A stretch of DNA of 64,000 nt from Planctomycetota bacterium. GTDB taxonomy: Bacteria; Planctomycetota; PUPC01; JACPCR01. The DNA lies in NCBI GenBank assembly GCA_027625095.1, contig JAQBXN010000033.1:2193-66192 (forward strand), given 5' to 3'. A program made the translations under genes and the position numbers. Shown piece after piece: positions 19,928 to 30,148 of this stretch. Under the pieces are notes generated by a model. The model ran no database searches. It saw only the letters and a list, made by a program, of their open reading frames with translations, and was not told the DNA's origin. The stretch's first letter is position 1. Each line of letters starts with the position of its first letter.

Positions 19928-22093
19928 ATGTCAATCAAGTTCCAATGCAGCAACCCGCAATGCGGAAAGGCGATGTCCGCGCCCGATGAATACGCGGGCA
20001 AGAAAGTTCGTTGCTCGCAGTGCAAAACCAATATGCTTGTGCCGGAGAAAACCAAGGAGGAGCGGGTTCAGCGGCTGGGCGATTACGAGCTTGTTCGCAA
20101 ACTTGGCAAGGGCGGCATGGGCACCGTCTACGAAGCAATCCAGACCAAGTTGAAACGGCGGGTCGCCCTGAAGGTGCTCTCCCGGAGGTTTTCCAAAGAC
20201 GAAACTTTCCTTGCCCGGTTTGAGCGAGAGGCGCAATCGTCCGCTGCGCTCAACCATTCAAATATCATCCAGGTTTATGACATCGGTGAAGTGCGAGGCG
20301 ATCACTTCTTTGCCATGGAGTACGTCGAAGGATGCGACCTGATGCAAAGGATTGAGACGGAGGGCCATATCCCAGAACCAGAGGTTCTGGAAATCGGATT
20401 ACAGATCGCAGAGGCACTATGTTACGCACACAAAGACCATTCGATCATCCACAGGGATATCAAACCCCACAACATCATGTTGGCCGCCAATGGCCAGCCC
20501 AAACTTGCCGACCTGGGCCTTGCCAAGAGCACCACGGAAGACAGCAGCATCACGCAGACCGGCGCCGCGATGGGTACGCCTTATTACATGTCACCTGAGC
20601 AGGCGGAAAATGCGAAAGAGGCGGATCACCGTTCCGATATTTATTCCCTTGGCATTACCATGCTTCACGCGGCCACAGGCAGACCGCCTTATGATGGCGA
20701 AAAGGCCATTTCGGTGATGCTTGCCCATATTAATAAGCCTCTACCGACCGGCGCTGAACTTGGTGTGCCGCTGAGTCCTAGCTTTGATGCTCTGATCCAG
20801 AAGATGTGCGCCAAGAAGGCAAAAGACCGATATCAGGACTATGGGTCACTCTTGTCGGATATGAATGAAATTAAGGGTTCGCAGGAAGTGGGGTTCGCAC
20901 CAACGCTCGTTGCACCTGGGTTAGCACATCCCGCGGCCCAGACCGTGACGGCCGCGGGCCTGACATCAGTATTCGAGCAACTGTCACCTCAACCGAAATG
21001 GTTGAAAATTGTCGTGGGGGCTTTGGCGTTGATTCTCATCCTGATATTTATGCTCGGGGGGAATGAACCAACAGAAGAAGCTGCCAGTCCGACGACAAGC
21101 GTCCCAGGAGACAATTCTGTTGAGTCTGTGGGGTCTACAAGTGTTCCGGGAAGTCGAAACGTCCCACAGCCGGGGAAATCATTCCAGCTTCCCGAAGGAT
21201 TTGAAGTTCCCAATCAGAGGCAGGACGGCTTTGGAAACCCAATCCTCCGGGGGAATCATCCGGGTACCGTCCGGCCCAGAGAATTGCGCCACAAGTCAGG
21301 CATTCTGTTCGTTTACATTCCCGGCGGTAAGTTCACTATGGGCAGCCCACCCGGCGAACCGGGCAGGGACGCTGACGAGGCTCAGCACGAAGTGAATGTC
21401 GAACCCTTTTACCTTGGTAAATATGAAGTGACTGTCGGCCAGTTCCGGGGGTTCGCCGAGGCCACTGGTTTCACCACTCGCGGCGGGCCTCGCTTTGATT
21501 TTGAGGCATTAAGCTGGAGCGGGCAGTCAAGATGGGACAGTCCCGGATTCAGCCAGACTGATGATCATCCGGCGTTATCGATCGGTTGGAGAGATGCACA
21601 GGCATTTATCACGTGGCTGAATGACAGCTCAACGTCGGCAAACTTCGGCCTGCCCGCCGATACGGAGTGGGAATTCGCCTGCAGGTCCGGCACAAAGACT
21701 CGTTTCTTCTGGGGGGAGGACGAGACGGAGGCGGGTCAATTCAGCAACAGTGCCGATCAGAGCATTCAGGCCGCATATCCCAATTATCCCGACAATTGGA
21801 TCTATCCTGTGAACGACGGGCACCCATTCACCGCTCGGGTTGGCACCTTCAAGCCGAACGCGTATGGTCTCTACGACATGATCGGTAATGTATTTGAATG
21901 GTGCGAGAACATGTATGGCGCCTACGTGGAAGGCGCGGTTCGTACGAACATGGCCGGCAGCAGGAATATCAGGGGCGGTGGTTTTGCGGGGGATATTCGC
22001 TGCCGCGGCCGATCCGCAATGCGTTTTGCCATGGGGGAGGACTCTCGATATTCCAGCTTGGGCTTTCGAGTGTGCTGGCGGCCGGACAAGTGA
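19928..22093 (+). CDS. Zn-ribbon + Ser/Thr protein kinase + TM + FGE-sulfatase (C-type lectin-like) domain
   Basis: CSNPQC...CSQC; LGKGGMG, VALK, HRDIKPHN, DLGLA, GTPYYMSPE; TM IVVGALALILILIFML; PGGKFTMGS, YEVTVGQF, GLYDMIGNVFEW, LGFRV. Start placed at ATG 19928, not 19556. Confidence 0.9.
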   Translation: MSIKFQCSNPQCGKAMSAPDEYAGKKVRCSQCKTNMLVPEKTKEERVQRLGDYELVRKLGKGGMGTVYEAIQTKLKRRVALKVLSRRFSKDETFLARFEREAQSSAALNHSNIIQVYDIGEVRGDHFFAMEYVEGCDLMQRIETEGHIPEPEVLEIGLQIAEALCYAHKDHSIIHRDIKPHNIMLAANGQPKLADLGLAKSTTEDSSITQTGAAMGTPYYMSPEQAENAKEADHRSDIYSLGITMLHAATGRPPYDGEKAISVMLAHINKPLPTGAELGVPLSPSFDALIQKMCAKKAKDRYQDYGSLLSDMNEIKGSQEVGFAPTLVAPGLAHPAAQTVTAAGLTSVFEQLSPQPKWLKIVVGALALILILIFMLGGNEPTEEAASPTTSVPGDNSVESVGSTSVPGSRNVPQPGKSFQLPEGFEVPNQRQDGFGNPILRGNHPGTVRPRELRHKSGILFVYIPGGKFTMGSPPGEPGRDADEAQHEVNVEPFYLGKYEVTVGQFRGFAEATGFTTRGGPRFDFEALSWSGQSRWDSPGFSQTDDHPALSIGWRDAQAFITWLNDSSTSANFGLPADTEWEFACRSGTKTRFFWGEDETEAGQFSNSADQSIQAAYPNYPDNWIYPVNDGHPFTARVGTFKPNAYGLYDMIGNVFEWCENMYGAYVEGAVRTNMAGSRNIRGGGFAGDIRCRGRSAMRFAMGEDSRYSSLGFRVCWRPDK

Positions 22094-22143
22094 GTAGCCC
22101 GTCGGGTGCGCACACTGTTTGAGGGATCAATTTTGCTTCTTAA

Positions 22144-22223
22144 GGGGGCGGAAGCGTCTCGCTCTTGTGCGGAGGCGAGACGCCTGAGTTCCCAGGTTTG
22201 GTTGGGGCCAAAAGCTACGTTAG
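22144..22223. repeat. Degenerate copy of the TTAG-cassette repeat (same core as 17340 copy)
   Basis: GGGGGCGGAAGCGTCTCGCTCTTGTGCGGAGGCGAGACGCCTGAGTTCCCAGGTTTGGTTGGGGCCAAAAGCTACGTTAG aligns to 17387-17466. Confidence 0.7.
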
Positions 22224-22331
22224 GAGATAGAGTAAGAGGGACTTATGACAGTTTGTGAGCCTGCAGAATTCATTCGGTCATTCCTTTTACTTCATCTTCC
22301 TCGTCTGTCCTGATCCTTGCGGAGCACCGTC

Positions 22332-22676
22332 ATGCCTGAAGACCATGTACTCACTGAAGAAGAACTTGCCGAAGCTCTGAAGGAGCTTCCGGGCTGGGAG
22401 GTGCGCGACCAATGGCTCCGTAAGTCCTACAAGACGCCGGGATGGACGCACACTATCATGCTTGTCAATACCATTGGTATGATCGCCGAAGCTGCGTGGC
22501 ATCATCCGGATATGAATATTGGCTACGCAAATGTCACCGTAAAAATTCAGACTCACCGCGTTCTGAATATCACTTTCAGTGACGTCGAATTGGCCAAACG
22601 AATTGAAGGAGTTGTGACCTGGCTGCCTTCCAATAATTCCCCGCTCCAGGGCTTTCCTAAAAAATGGTACCGATGA
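22332..22676 (+). CDS. phhB: Pterin-4-alpha-carbinolamine dehydratase
   Basis: LPGWEV, AEAAWHHPDM, THRVLNITFSDVELAKRI. Confidence 0.85.
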   Translation: MPEDHVLTEEELAEALKELPGWEVRDQWLRKSYKTPGWTHTIMLVNTIGMIAEAAWHHPDMNIGYANVTVKIQTHRVLNITFSDVELAKRIEGVVTWLPSNNSPLQGFPKKWYR

Positions 22677-23794
22677 AACCTCCTCTGCCTGACCCACGAG
22701 CCACAGCAAGAAAAGAAGCCGAACGCATCCTCAATGCCAGGGATGAGTTCCTGACTGGACCTCTTGAGCGAATACTTAAAGATTCACCATTCGCAGATAG
22801 AGATGCTCTTCTCAGCGGATTGACGGATTTCCATCAGGAGAGGATGTCGCGAATCCCGGATTCGACTCAGTTTCCACAATCAGGACCTTGGGTTGAATAT
22901 GCGCTCGAGGTCGATAAAGAGCTTCAAGACCTGGGGAAACTTAGTGGTCAGGAGATGGCCCTCTATCGCAGTCTCGGTGCTTACGTGACATTCCGTGGCT
23001 TTGCACGATTCCGACATACGCCACCAGAGAGGTGTCGTGTTGCCTATTTACCGAAGACAGACAAGGGCCGGATGCATATCAAGAACGTGGATGACCCGAT
23101 CCTATTCTGGAAGCCACAGCCGCCGATGGAGAAGTCCAGCCTTGAGGAGCCGCCGCTCTTCTGGGACGGTGTCGGGAACGGCATGCACATCGATGACGAA
23201 CCAGAGGAGATTTTTCCACTGCCCATCCCCCTTATGTGCATGAGCGAGTGTAAAGACGTGCCAACGGCCGTTAAATTCTTGAAACAATACTCATCCTTCT
23301 GGGGTGCGCAGAATATCGTTCTTCGAGACGATCAGAGAAATGCGGTGGCGATTGAAAAGGCGAGTTACAATTTCATCGAAATTTTTGAACCTGAGCCTGA
23401 CCGGCCGAGTTACATCAGCGGGAATTTCTGCCGGGAGTCACCGCAGGCTCAGCATCTTGAGAGAAAACGCAACGAGTACGTTGATCTCTTCGACTTGCCT
23501 GCTGATGGCACGGACAGAGCCTTTTGGCAGGCATGCGAACGTGCTCACAACAAGCTGGCAGCCCTTATGAATGAAACAGAAATCAAGGTAGATGACGTCT
23601 TGAAACTCTTTAGAACGCCCTGGCCTGAAGGCCTGAACAAGGGAGGCGTCAAGTATCATCCGGATCAGACGGGTGACGAAGAGTACACTCTGATTACATG
23701 CGCATTACTGCTCGATGAGAAAACAGCCTGCAAATGGCAGCGCGATACCAAGGGGCGTTATCCCGAGCAGCCGGAGGTGGTGCAGGCGCAGTGA
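22673..23794 (+). CDS. Hypothetical protein, probable C45/Ntn-hydrolase-like autoproteolytic enzyme
   Basis: ERC-RVAYLPKTDKGRMHIKNVDD resembles the C45 cleavage site (C...G..+.N.D); later NIVLRD...AVAIEK. ATGA overlap with phhB. Confidence 0.55.
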   Translation: MKPPLPDPRATARKEAERILNARDEFLTGPLERILKDSPFADRDALLSGLTDFHQERMSRIPDSTQFPQSGPWVEYALEVDKELQDLGKLSGQEMALYRSLGAYVTFRGFARFRHTPPERCRVAYLPKTDKGRMHIKNVDDPILFWKPQPPMEKSSLEEPPLFWDGVGNGMHIDDEPEEIFPLPIPLMCMSECKDVPTAVKFLKQYSSFWGAQNIVLRDDQRNAVAIEKASYNFIEIFEPEPDRPSYISGNFCRESPQAQHLERKRNEYVDLFDLPADGTDRAFWQACERAHNKLAALMNETEIKVDDVLKLFRTPWPEGLNKGGVKYHPDQTGDEEYTLITCALLLDEKTACKWQRDTKGRYPEQPEVVQAQ

Positions 23795-23894
23795 GTTTCT
23801 GACCGCCTTCCGGTTGGGATATATTCAGACACAGAAAAAGTTGAGGTCACTGCCCTATGGCGTATGTCCCATCAGACAGAGGTCACCCGAACAA

Positions 23895-24947
23895 ATGAAT
23901 ATGAATGTCACCATAAATTCTCTTTTTGCTTTGATCTTCTCGATTGCTCTCGTGAACGCGGAAGATGGAGCCAAACCAGGTGAGCCCGTCGATTACAGCA
24001 AGATTGCCTTCTACCCCCAACGGTGGGTCGAGAACAAGATCGATCCTCTTCTGGTGCCATGGACTGGGACCGAAGTTGTGTTTCTCACCGCGGGCACAGA
24101 GTTCGATAAAACGATCATGACGAAGATGCTCGAACGTCTCGACGGAGGCTGGAAGGTGTACGCAGAACTTACCGGTAAGCGACCGCAACCTTTCAAACAC
24201 TTGAATGGCAAACCAACTATCGCTGCCGTCCCGAAGGGTAACCTTTCGTGTGGAATCGGCTGCGGGTATATCGGCGCGACGGGCATCGAAGTCGCCGGTT
24301 TCTATGGCCACGACTACAAAATGCTGCAGGGAGATATCGAAGCGATGCCGCATTACTACTTCTACGAAATGGGGCGTAACTATTACACTTTTGGCCCGAG
24401 GCATTCCCTTTTCATAACCGGCTTTGCTGTCTTCATGCGTTACGTCTGTATGGACACCCTGAAGTGTCACGATCCCGAAGAATCGCTACGAAAGAAAATC
24501 GATGAAGCGGAAGCTCAGTTCGCCGAATCCGACATGGGCTTTCTGAGGGGATTCACCACTATGGATGGACTGGGTGAGAAGGCACCGCGATTGAAAGGTG
24601 AGAAGGGGCAGGACATACACCCCTCTGATCAACCGGTCATTTATTGTTCCGCCATGTTAAAGCTCTGGCGGGAACACGGCGGCAACGAATGGCTGAAACG
24701 TTTCTATCGTGAGCTTGCCGGATGTGAGCCTGTGGAGCCAAAAACGAAGGACGACGCCCTCCAACAAAGTCTCAACTGGTTGGCCGCAGCTTCCTGCGCT
24801 GCCAAGGAAGACCTATCGCCGACTTTCGCAGATCGGTGGAGGATGCCGCTCAGTCCTGGCGCAAGAAAGAAGATGGCAGCGGCGAATTGGGAGGACGAGA
24901 CACTGACTGCTGCCAAACTGGTGAAAGAGTTGTCGGCAGCAGATTAG
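23895..24947 (+). CDS. Secreted hypothetical protein with degenerate zincin-like motif
   Basis: Signal peptide (SLFALIFSIALVNA); FYEMGRNYY followed by ITGFAVF. Confidence 0.6.
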   Translation: MNMNVTINSLFALIFSIALVNAEDGAKPGEPVDYSKIAFYPQRWVENKIDPLLVPWTGTEVVFLTAGTEFDKTIMTKMLERLDGGWKVYAELTGKRPQPFKHLNGKPTIAAVPKGNLSCGIGCGYIGATGIEVAGFYGHDYKMLQGDIEAMPHYYFYEMGRNYYTFGPRHSLFITGFAVFMRYVCMDTLKCHDPEESLRKKIDEAEAQFAESDMGFLRGFTTMDGLGEKAPRLKGEKGQDIHPSDQPVIYCSAMLKLWREHGGNEWLKRFYRELAGCEPVEPKTKDDALQQSLNWLAAASCAAKEDLSPTFADRWRMPLSPGARKKMAAANWEDETLTAAKLVKELSAAD

Positions 24948-24979
24948 TGCTACCGGCGAGTGTAATTGGGCTCGGATGG

Positions 24980-25900
24980 TTACTTCGTTTGCGCATAGCC
25001 ATTGAGTCTTTTGAAGAAGTCCCCAAAGACAGCATCCCGGTTGGCGTCTATGGCCACCCGCATCAGGTGCCGTGACGGATCATGGCTAAAGGTGATCTGG
25101 TCAGTAAGGATGGGACTGTGCGTGAGAACGGTCGGAATCCAATCGGAATTGATGAGCCAGGCGACGGTTGAAATGTCCCAGATGACTTTCGACCAGGCGA
25201 ATTTGTCCTTGCCGTAATCTTTGAAGATCTCAAAAAGGTAATCGCCGATAGCTCCCTTCCCCTTTACGTAGCGTTCCATCTCCGGCATTGTGGTTCGCAA
25301 ATGCTCAGCAACATTCTTGCAGGGGATCTGGACCAGAGGAACGCCACAATCGAATATCAGTCGTGAGGCGTGAATGTCCTGTCCGAGATTAAATTCATTT
25401 GTGGTTCGCCAGTTGTGAGGATGTCCACCAAGCCAGACCACAACGATCCGTTCGATCATGGAAGGCTCCATGAGGATGGCCGAGGCAATATTTGTGATAG
25501 CGCCGATGGGGAGGACATACAACGGCCCCTCCCGGTCTGCCAACGCCCTTTCCACGAGGTTTCGTGCGGCTTCACTTTCAACCGGTTGGTTGGCCGCGGA
25601 AAGGTACACTTCTGAGCCCCTGTAAACAAAATTGTCCGCCGGATGATCAAGACGTTCGAGAAGCCGCAAGATCTCTTCGTAACTCCTCTCCATTCCATCC
25701 CCCGGACCGGATGAACGGTAGTTCTGAAACGGCGCAGCATAAATGGCCTCTACATCGAGTTCGTCTGCAAGGATTGAATAAACGACCGCGAACTGGTCAT
25801 CAATTTCGTTATAAGTATCGGTGTCAAGTACCAGCGAGATTTTGCCTTGTGGCGGGTTTAACGCTTCGATGCGTTGTGATTCGGTGAGTTTGGGAAACAT
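24980..25900 (-). CDS. Nucleoside hydrolase (IU-NH family)
   Basis: LDTDTYNEIDDQFA, IGAITNIASA, WLGG, EFN, IWD. Confidence 0.88.
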   Translation of the reverse strand: MFPKLTESQRIEALNPPQGKISLVLDTDTYNEIDDQFAVVYSILADELDVEAIYAAPFQNYRSSGPGDGMERSYEEILRLLERLDHPADNFVYRGSEVYLSAANQPVESEAARNLVERALADREGPLYVLPIGAITNIASAILMEPSMIERIVVVWLGGHPHNWRTTNEFNLGQDIHASRLIFDCGVPLVQIPCKNVAEHLRTTMPEMERYVKGKGAIGDYLFEIFKDYGKDKFAWSKVIWDISTVAWLINSDWIPTVLTHSPILTDQITFSHDPSRHLMRVAIDANRDAVFGDFFKRLNGYAQTK

Positions 25901-26086
25901 GGTCTATAGTGAGGTTGAAGATTCAGATCACGGGTGTGACCCAGTCTAACTTCAAGCAGGATGCATCTTCAACCGGCCGCCACCCGCGAGGCCACTTGGA
26001 TGCGAGCGGTCGGGAAGGATGATGGACTCATGCAATGAATGAGAGGTATCATTCGGGTATCCGATGACAACCATGGAAATTCACCT

Positions 26087-27121
26087 ATGCAAATCTTTTA
26101 CAGCTACAGTAGATTGCTTGAACATCTGGAGGCGAAAGGACACACAGCCCGCGTTCTTGGATTGTCGCCGGATCGTTCGCCGATTGTCGCGATCAAAAGT
26201 GGCGGCAAGAAGCTGCCGGCAATTCTTATCAGTGCGGGAAGTCATTCGACTGAACAGGCAGGGGTAAGCGCTGCGGTAGAGCTCCTCAATTCACTCGAAA
26301 CTGAACACCAGGTTTTCATCATTCCCAGCAGGGATCCGATGGGGATGAACGGACTTCGCTATGTCATTGGTTTGTCAGTCTCCAAGTGTCCCGATTTCGA
26401 TTCACCAGAGGAACTGAAGGACGTACTTCGTGAGCATGGAGATGTGGTGCTCGAAAACGACAAAGATTTCGTGGCACGAATCGGAGAATACGGGTACTCA
26501 CTTCACGGGCTTCACGGCCGTTTTCAGGCCGGTGAAGATTTTCTGAAACCGCTCAGAGGCAAACGGGTTTTCTTTCCGTCCTTAACCGACGATATTGAGG
26601 GCACCGAGCCATTTACTCGTGCCTATACACTCATCGTCACCCCTGAAGGGGAGGTGCTGCACATCAATCGATTTCATGATACGGAATGGGGGCCGGTTGA
26701 ATCCCAATGTGTCCGCAATCTGATGGCCGAAATTCATCCCGGCCTCACGCTCGACCTCCACGAGTATGACGGAGATCGTTTCTGGCTATCCGCACGTAGC
26801 CAGCGTACCAGGGAGGATGACGAGTGGGAGGAAAAGATCGCAAGGGCCACGGTCGGTGCGGCCCTTGAAGCGGGCGCATCGCTCCCAGATAACGATTACT
26901 TACCCGATACGTTTTTTACGAAGTTGGAAAACGGCGCCTACCGTCTGAACGCCGGGATCCGGGGCGAGGGGCTGAATCTGACCGATTTCGCCGCGGAGAA
27001 ATATGGACTCGCCTTCACGATCGAAACTGGCATGAAGTGCAGCTTTGAGCATCGAGTAAAGATCTCCACCCTCGCAGCGAAAACGGCTGTAAAGTTGTTC
27101 GAAGAGCGACATCGGAAATAG
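26087..27121 (+). CDS. M14-family zinc carboxypeptidase/deacylase
   Basis: AGSHSTE (HxxE), DPMG, INR, LDLHE, FTIETG. Confidence 0.75.
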   Translation: MQIFYSYSRLLEHLEAKGHTARVLGLSPDRSPIVAIKSGGKKLPAILISAGSHSTEQAGVSAAVELLNSLETEHQVFIIPSRDPMGMNGLRYVIGLSVSKCPDFDSPEELKDVLREHGDVVLENDKDFVARIGEYGYSLHGLHGRFQAGEDFLKPLRGKRVFFPSLTDDIEGTEPFTRAYTLIVTPEGEVLHINRFHDTEWGPVESQCVRNLMAEIHPGLTLDLHEYDGDRFWLSARSQRTREDDEWEEKIARATVGAALEAGASLPDNDYLPDTFFTKLENGAYRLNAGIRGEGLNLTDFAAEKYGLAFTIETGMKCSFEHRVKISTLAAKTAVKLFEERHRK

Positions 27122-27191
27122 AGGGCGGTGCTTTACCCCCAGTCTTGCCAGGGTTGCCACGCATCTGAAGTGTCTGGAAGCCCCAATGCTC

Positions 27192-28145
27192 CTAATCTTC
27201 CATGCTTCCTTCTATCTGATCGACCAGCTCGACGGTATGAATAACGTCTCGCAAGTCAGTCAGTGGCACTTCTCGCTTTTCAATAGACCCGACAAAATGC
27301 TGGTGCATGGTCAGGACGCCTTCGTATGCCGGGACGTCCTCCTTATCGACTCCCTCGATGTCCCATCCGCCGAGTAAGGTTCTCTTATTGTCCTCCAGAA
27401 TTTCGATCTCCTCAGGAATTTTCATGTAACAACCAACGCCAACGCCATGCAATTCTCCGCGGAGAACACGGCCGCCAGATGCGCGATTGCCCTCGATAAT
27501 TCCTGTCGCTTTGTTGTCGAATCGAATCAGTGCGGTGTAACAGTTTCGGCTTTCGCTGCCGAACTTATCTCGGTAGGCGGTCACTTCCGTCGCTTCGCCG
27601 CCTGCCAGATAACGCACCATGTCAACAATGTGGATGACGTCATTCCAGAGCGTCGTCGTGAACTCTTTCCCATTGCCTCCAAGGATACGTTTGTTGAACA
27701 TCCCTTTGGCCAACGTGACCTGGCCGGTGGCATCCACCCGCCGTTTGGCCTCACGATTGACGGCGGTGAAACGCCGTTGCAAACCTACCATCGCATAGAC
27801 GTCATTAGCAACTGCGGCGTCGAGGAGCTGTCGCGTTTCATCGCTGTTCGCGCCGGGGGGCTTTTCAATGAAGATGTGCTTTCCTGCGTTCAGGCAGTCC
27901 AGCGCGGGCTGCAACAGCCATTTCTCATTCATCACGCAATAAATCACGTCCAGATCCATCGTGTCGAGCATCTTGCGATGGTCGGTGAACGTCCGTTGAA
28001 TGCCATACTTCCCGGCCACCTGGCCAAGCCTCTGTTCATCCATCTCACATACGGCGACTATTTCAACATTTTGAACGCGGCTCACATTTGGATAATGCGC
28101 TCCCTGGCTGCGAGGGCCGGCGCCAATGAATCCTGCTCTCAACAT
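27192..28145 (-). CDS. Gfo/Idh/MocA oxidoreductase
   Basis: GFIGAG, GKHIFIEKPP, QRRF, NDVIHIVD. Confidence 0.88.
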   Translation of the reverse strand: MLRAGFIGAGPRSQGAHYPNVSRVQNVEIVAVCEMDEQRLGQVAGKYGIQRTFTDHRKMLDTMDLDVIYCVMNEKWLLQPALDCLNAGKHIFIEKPPGANSDETRQLLDAAVANDVYAMVGLQRRFTAVNREAKRRVDATGQVTLAKGMFNKRILGGNGKEFTTTLWNDVIHIVDMVRYLAGGEATEVTAYRDKFGSESRNCYTALIRFDNKATGIIEGNRASGGRVLRGELHGVGVGCYMKIPEEIEILEDNKRTLLGGWDIEGVDKEDVPAYEGVLTMHQHFVGSIEKREVPLTDLRDVIHTVELVDQIEGSMED

Positions 28146-28288
28146 GTTCGTTTCTCGTCTCTGAATGATCGATTCCTAATGACACCGCCTGGTTCATTCC
28201 GATCGTGAATGAGGCAAACAAGCTCATCAGGGTCCCAAGACTTGTTGGATCCAAGCCTTACCCATGGGGCCCCCGTCGGAAACCGGAA

Positions 28289-29926
28289 CTATTCAATGCC
28301 AGAGAGCTTCAGCTTGTTTTGCGCATCTGTCGCTTCCTTGCCTCCTTCACCCGATTGCACCACGTGCTTGAGGAGGTCGATACCAAACTGGCGAAGCTTG
28401 CTCATCTGTTCAACAAAGTGAAAACCCAGATAGTAGAGATCTGCAAGGTCAATAAGTGATTTCTCTTTGATCAACATGCTGGCCACATCCATCCCATCGA
28501 GTTCGATCAGCTGTGTGAAGAGAGCCAGGCTTTTATTTTTCTCGCGTTCCAGCTTCAGCAGGCCCCGGTTTGAGGTCTTAAGACGGGCGAGCGCCAGCAA
28601 AAACTTGGCATTTTTGTCCTGATTCCTTCCGCTGGTTAGAAATCGAAGCTCGGATTCCGCTTCTTCATAGTTGCCGGCTTCAATGAGTTTCTTCCCCTTA
28701 TCGAGGATCGCTTTGGAAAAAGCCTCAGGGTCGAGACTCGACAAAAGGCTGAGAATGTTATCCCCGCGTTTTGGATTCTGTTCGCGAGTCTTGATGGCTT
28801 GACCGAGATGTTTGGCGAACTGCGCTTTCGTGAGCTTGGGCTTCGCTTCCTGCACCTTGTGAGCGGCCTGGCCAAAAATGGCATCGTCCTCAATACCGTG
28901 TAACTGCGCCAGAAGCATCTCGCCAACGTTCGGACATTGCTGCAGGCTGGTCATCACCTGCTCTCGAAGTTTCCAATCCTCTACACTCAACATACCGGCA
29001 AGAGCCGCGCCGGCCTCGCTGCTGGCGATAATGCCGAGCTTCTTTACAGCATTTAATTGAACGTAAGGGTCACGATGCTCGAGAAGTTTGATCAGGTCAG
29101 TTGTAGCCGTGGCTGTCAGGTTGATGCGGGAGGTCAGATCGTTCGCTGCCTGGACAAGACCGGGATTCTCTTCGGTCAAAAGGAACTTGGACAAGACCGG
29201 CCACAATTTCGCGTGATCCTGCGGCGGCACGTGAATCTTGGCAAGACAGAGCAGGGCCTGACGTGTAACTCTAGGAGGGGTGTCCTCCGCTTGCAGCAGT
29301 TTCATATAGAGAGAAAGGGAACCCTCGTCTCTCAGAACGCCGAGCATCCGGAGCGCACCCGCGAGTGCGATCTCAGACCGCTTGAACGTCGCTTTAGATG
29401 CGGTCGAACGGATGGAGTCCGCCATTTCTGAACGCACGCTCTCGTCATCTATATCGGACAGCTTTCTGTGGAAATCTTCACAGATGCTGTCCACTGCTTC
29501 GCGATCGGCTTTGGGCAAGATTTCGAGAAGATGCTTAAGCGAGTCAGTAAGAGGAAAACGCTGCAGAATTGTCAACAGGGTGGACTTGTTAACAGGCTCG
29601 TCGTCGGTGAGTTCCTTGAGGACGGACGGAAGGACTTCAGCCCCTAGCGCAACCGTGGCCGAGACAGCCCGGTTTCGTTCGCCAAGCTGGGCAGAGGTGA
29701 GATAGGGAAGGATGTAACGCAGAGATTCGGAACGACCGCTCTTGCCGAGTGCTTCGAGAACGGAACATCGCACGGCAAGCTTTGAATCCGACAAGCATTG
29801 GCCAAGAGCTTGCACCACGTCTTTGTCGCGATGTTCGATTTCACTCAGTACTTTGGCCGCCGCACACTGCACCCCTTCGTCTTCGTGATGCAACATGGCA
29901 ACCACCTTCTTAAGGGTGTTATCCAT
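28289..29926 (-). CDS. HEAT-repeat protein with C-terminal TPR-like region
   Basis: Repeated helical units (VQCAAAKVL, VRCSVLEALG, VQLNAVKKLG, LREQVMTSL); YYLGFHF near the C-terminus. Confidence 0.75.
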   Translation of the reverse strand: MDNTLKKVVAMLHHEDEGVQCAAAKVLSEIEHRDKDVVQALGQCLSDSKLAVRCSVLEALGKSGRSESLRYILPYLTSAQLGERNRAVSATVALGAEVLPSVLKELTDDEPVNKSTLLTILQRFPLTDSLKHLLEILPKADREAVDSICEDFHRKLSDIDDESVRSEMADSIRSTASKATFKRSEIALAGALRMLGVLRDEGSLSLYMKLLQAEDTPPRVTRQALLCLAKIHVPPQDHAKLWPVLSKFLLTEENPGLVQAANDLTSRINLTATATTDLIKLLEHRDPYVQLNAVKKLGIIASSEAGAALAGMLSVEDWKLREQVMTSLQQCPNVGEMLLAQLHGIEDDAIFGQAAHKVQEAKPKLTKAQFAKHLGQAIKTREQNPKRGDNILSLLSSLDPEAFSKAILDKGKKLIEAGNYEEAESELRFLTSGRNQDKNAKFLLALARLKTSNRGLLKLEREKNKSLALFTQLIELDGMDVASMLIKEKSLIDLADLYYLGFHFVEQMSKLRQFGIDLLKHVVQSGEGGKEATDAQNKLKLSGIE

Positions 29927-30148
29927 TCACCTGTTCTCCAGTATTTAATAGGTTTGCCAATTTAAGCTGATAAAGATTGTCCAGATGCACTGTCGTCAGT
30001 CAACCACATGGTATTGGACGGCGATAAGGTAGGTTCTAATACCGGGTTCCTCGCTGCGAGGATGAGGCTTATCTTCGACGGAATACGGTCTGCGATGTCA
30101 GGCACAACCTGACGTCGTGTTGGTCACCCTGTTCCTCGGGTGATGTTC

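Noticed and set aside
17340-22223. Composite transposon bounded by two cassette copies
   Set aside because: The second copy is degenerate and lacks the left arm, there is no transposase, and copies also occur elsewhere.
21900-22300. FGE/C-type-lectin C-terminus as a diversity-generating retroelement target
   Set aside because: No template repeat differing at adenines and no reverse transcriptase is visible in the window. A remote DGR cannot be excluded.
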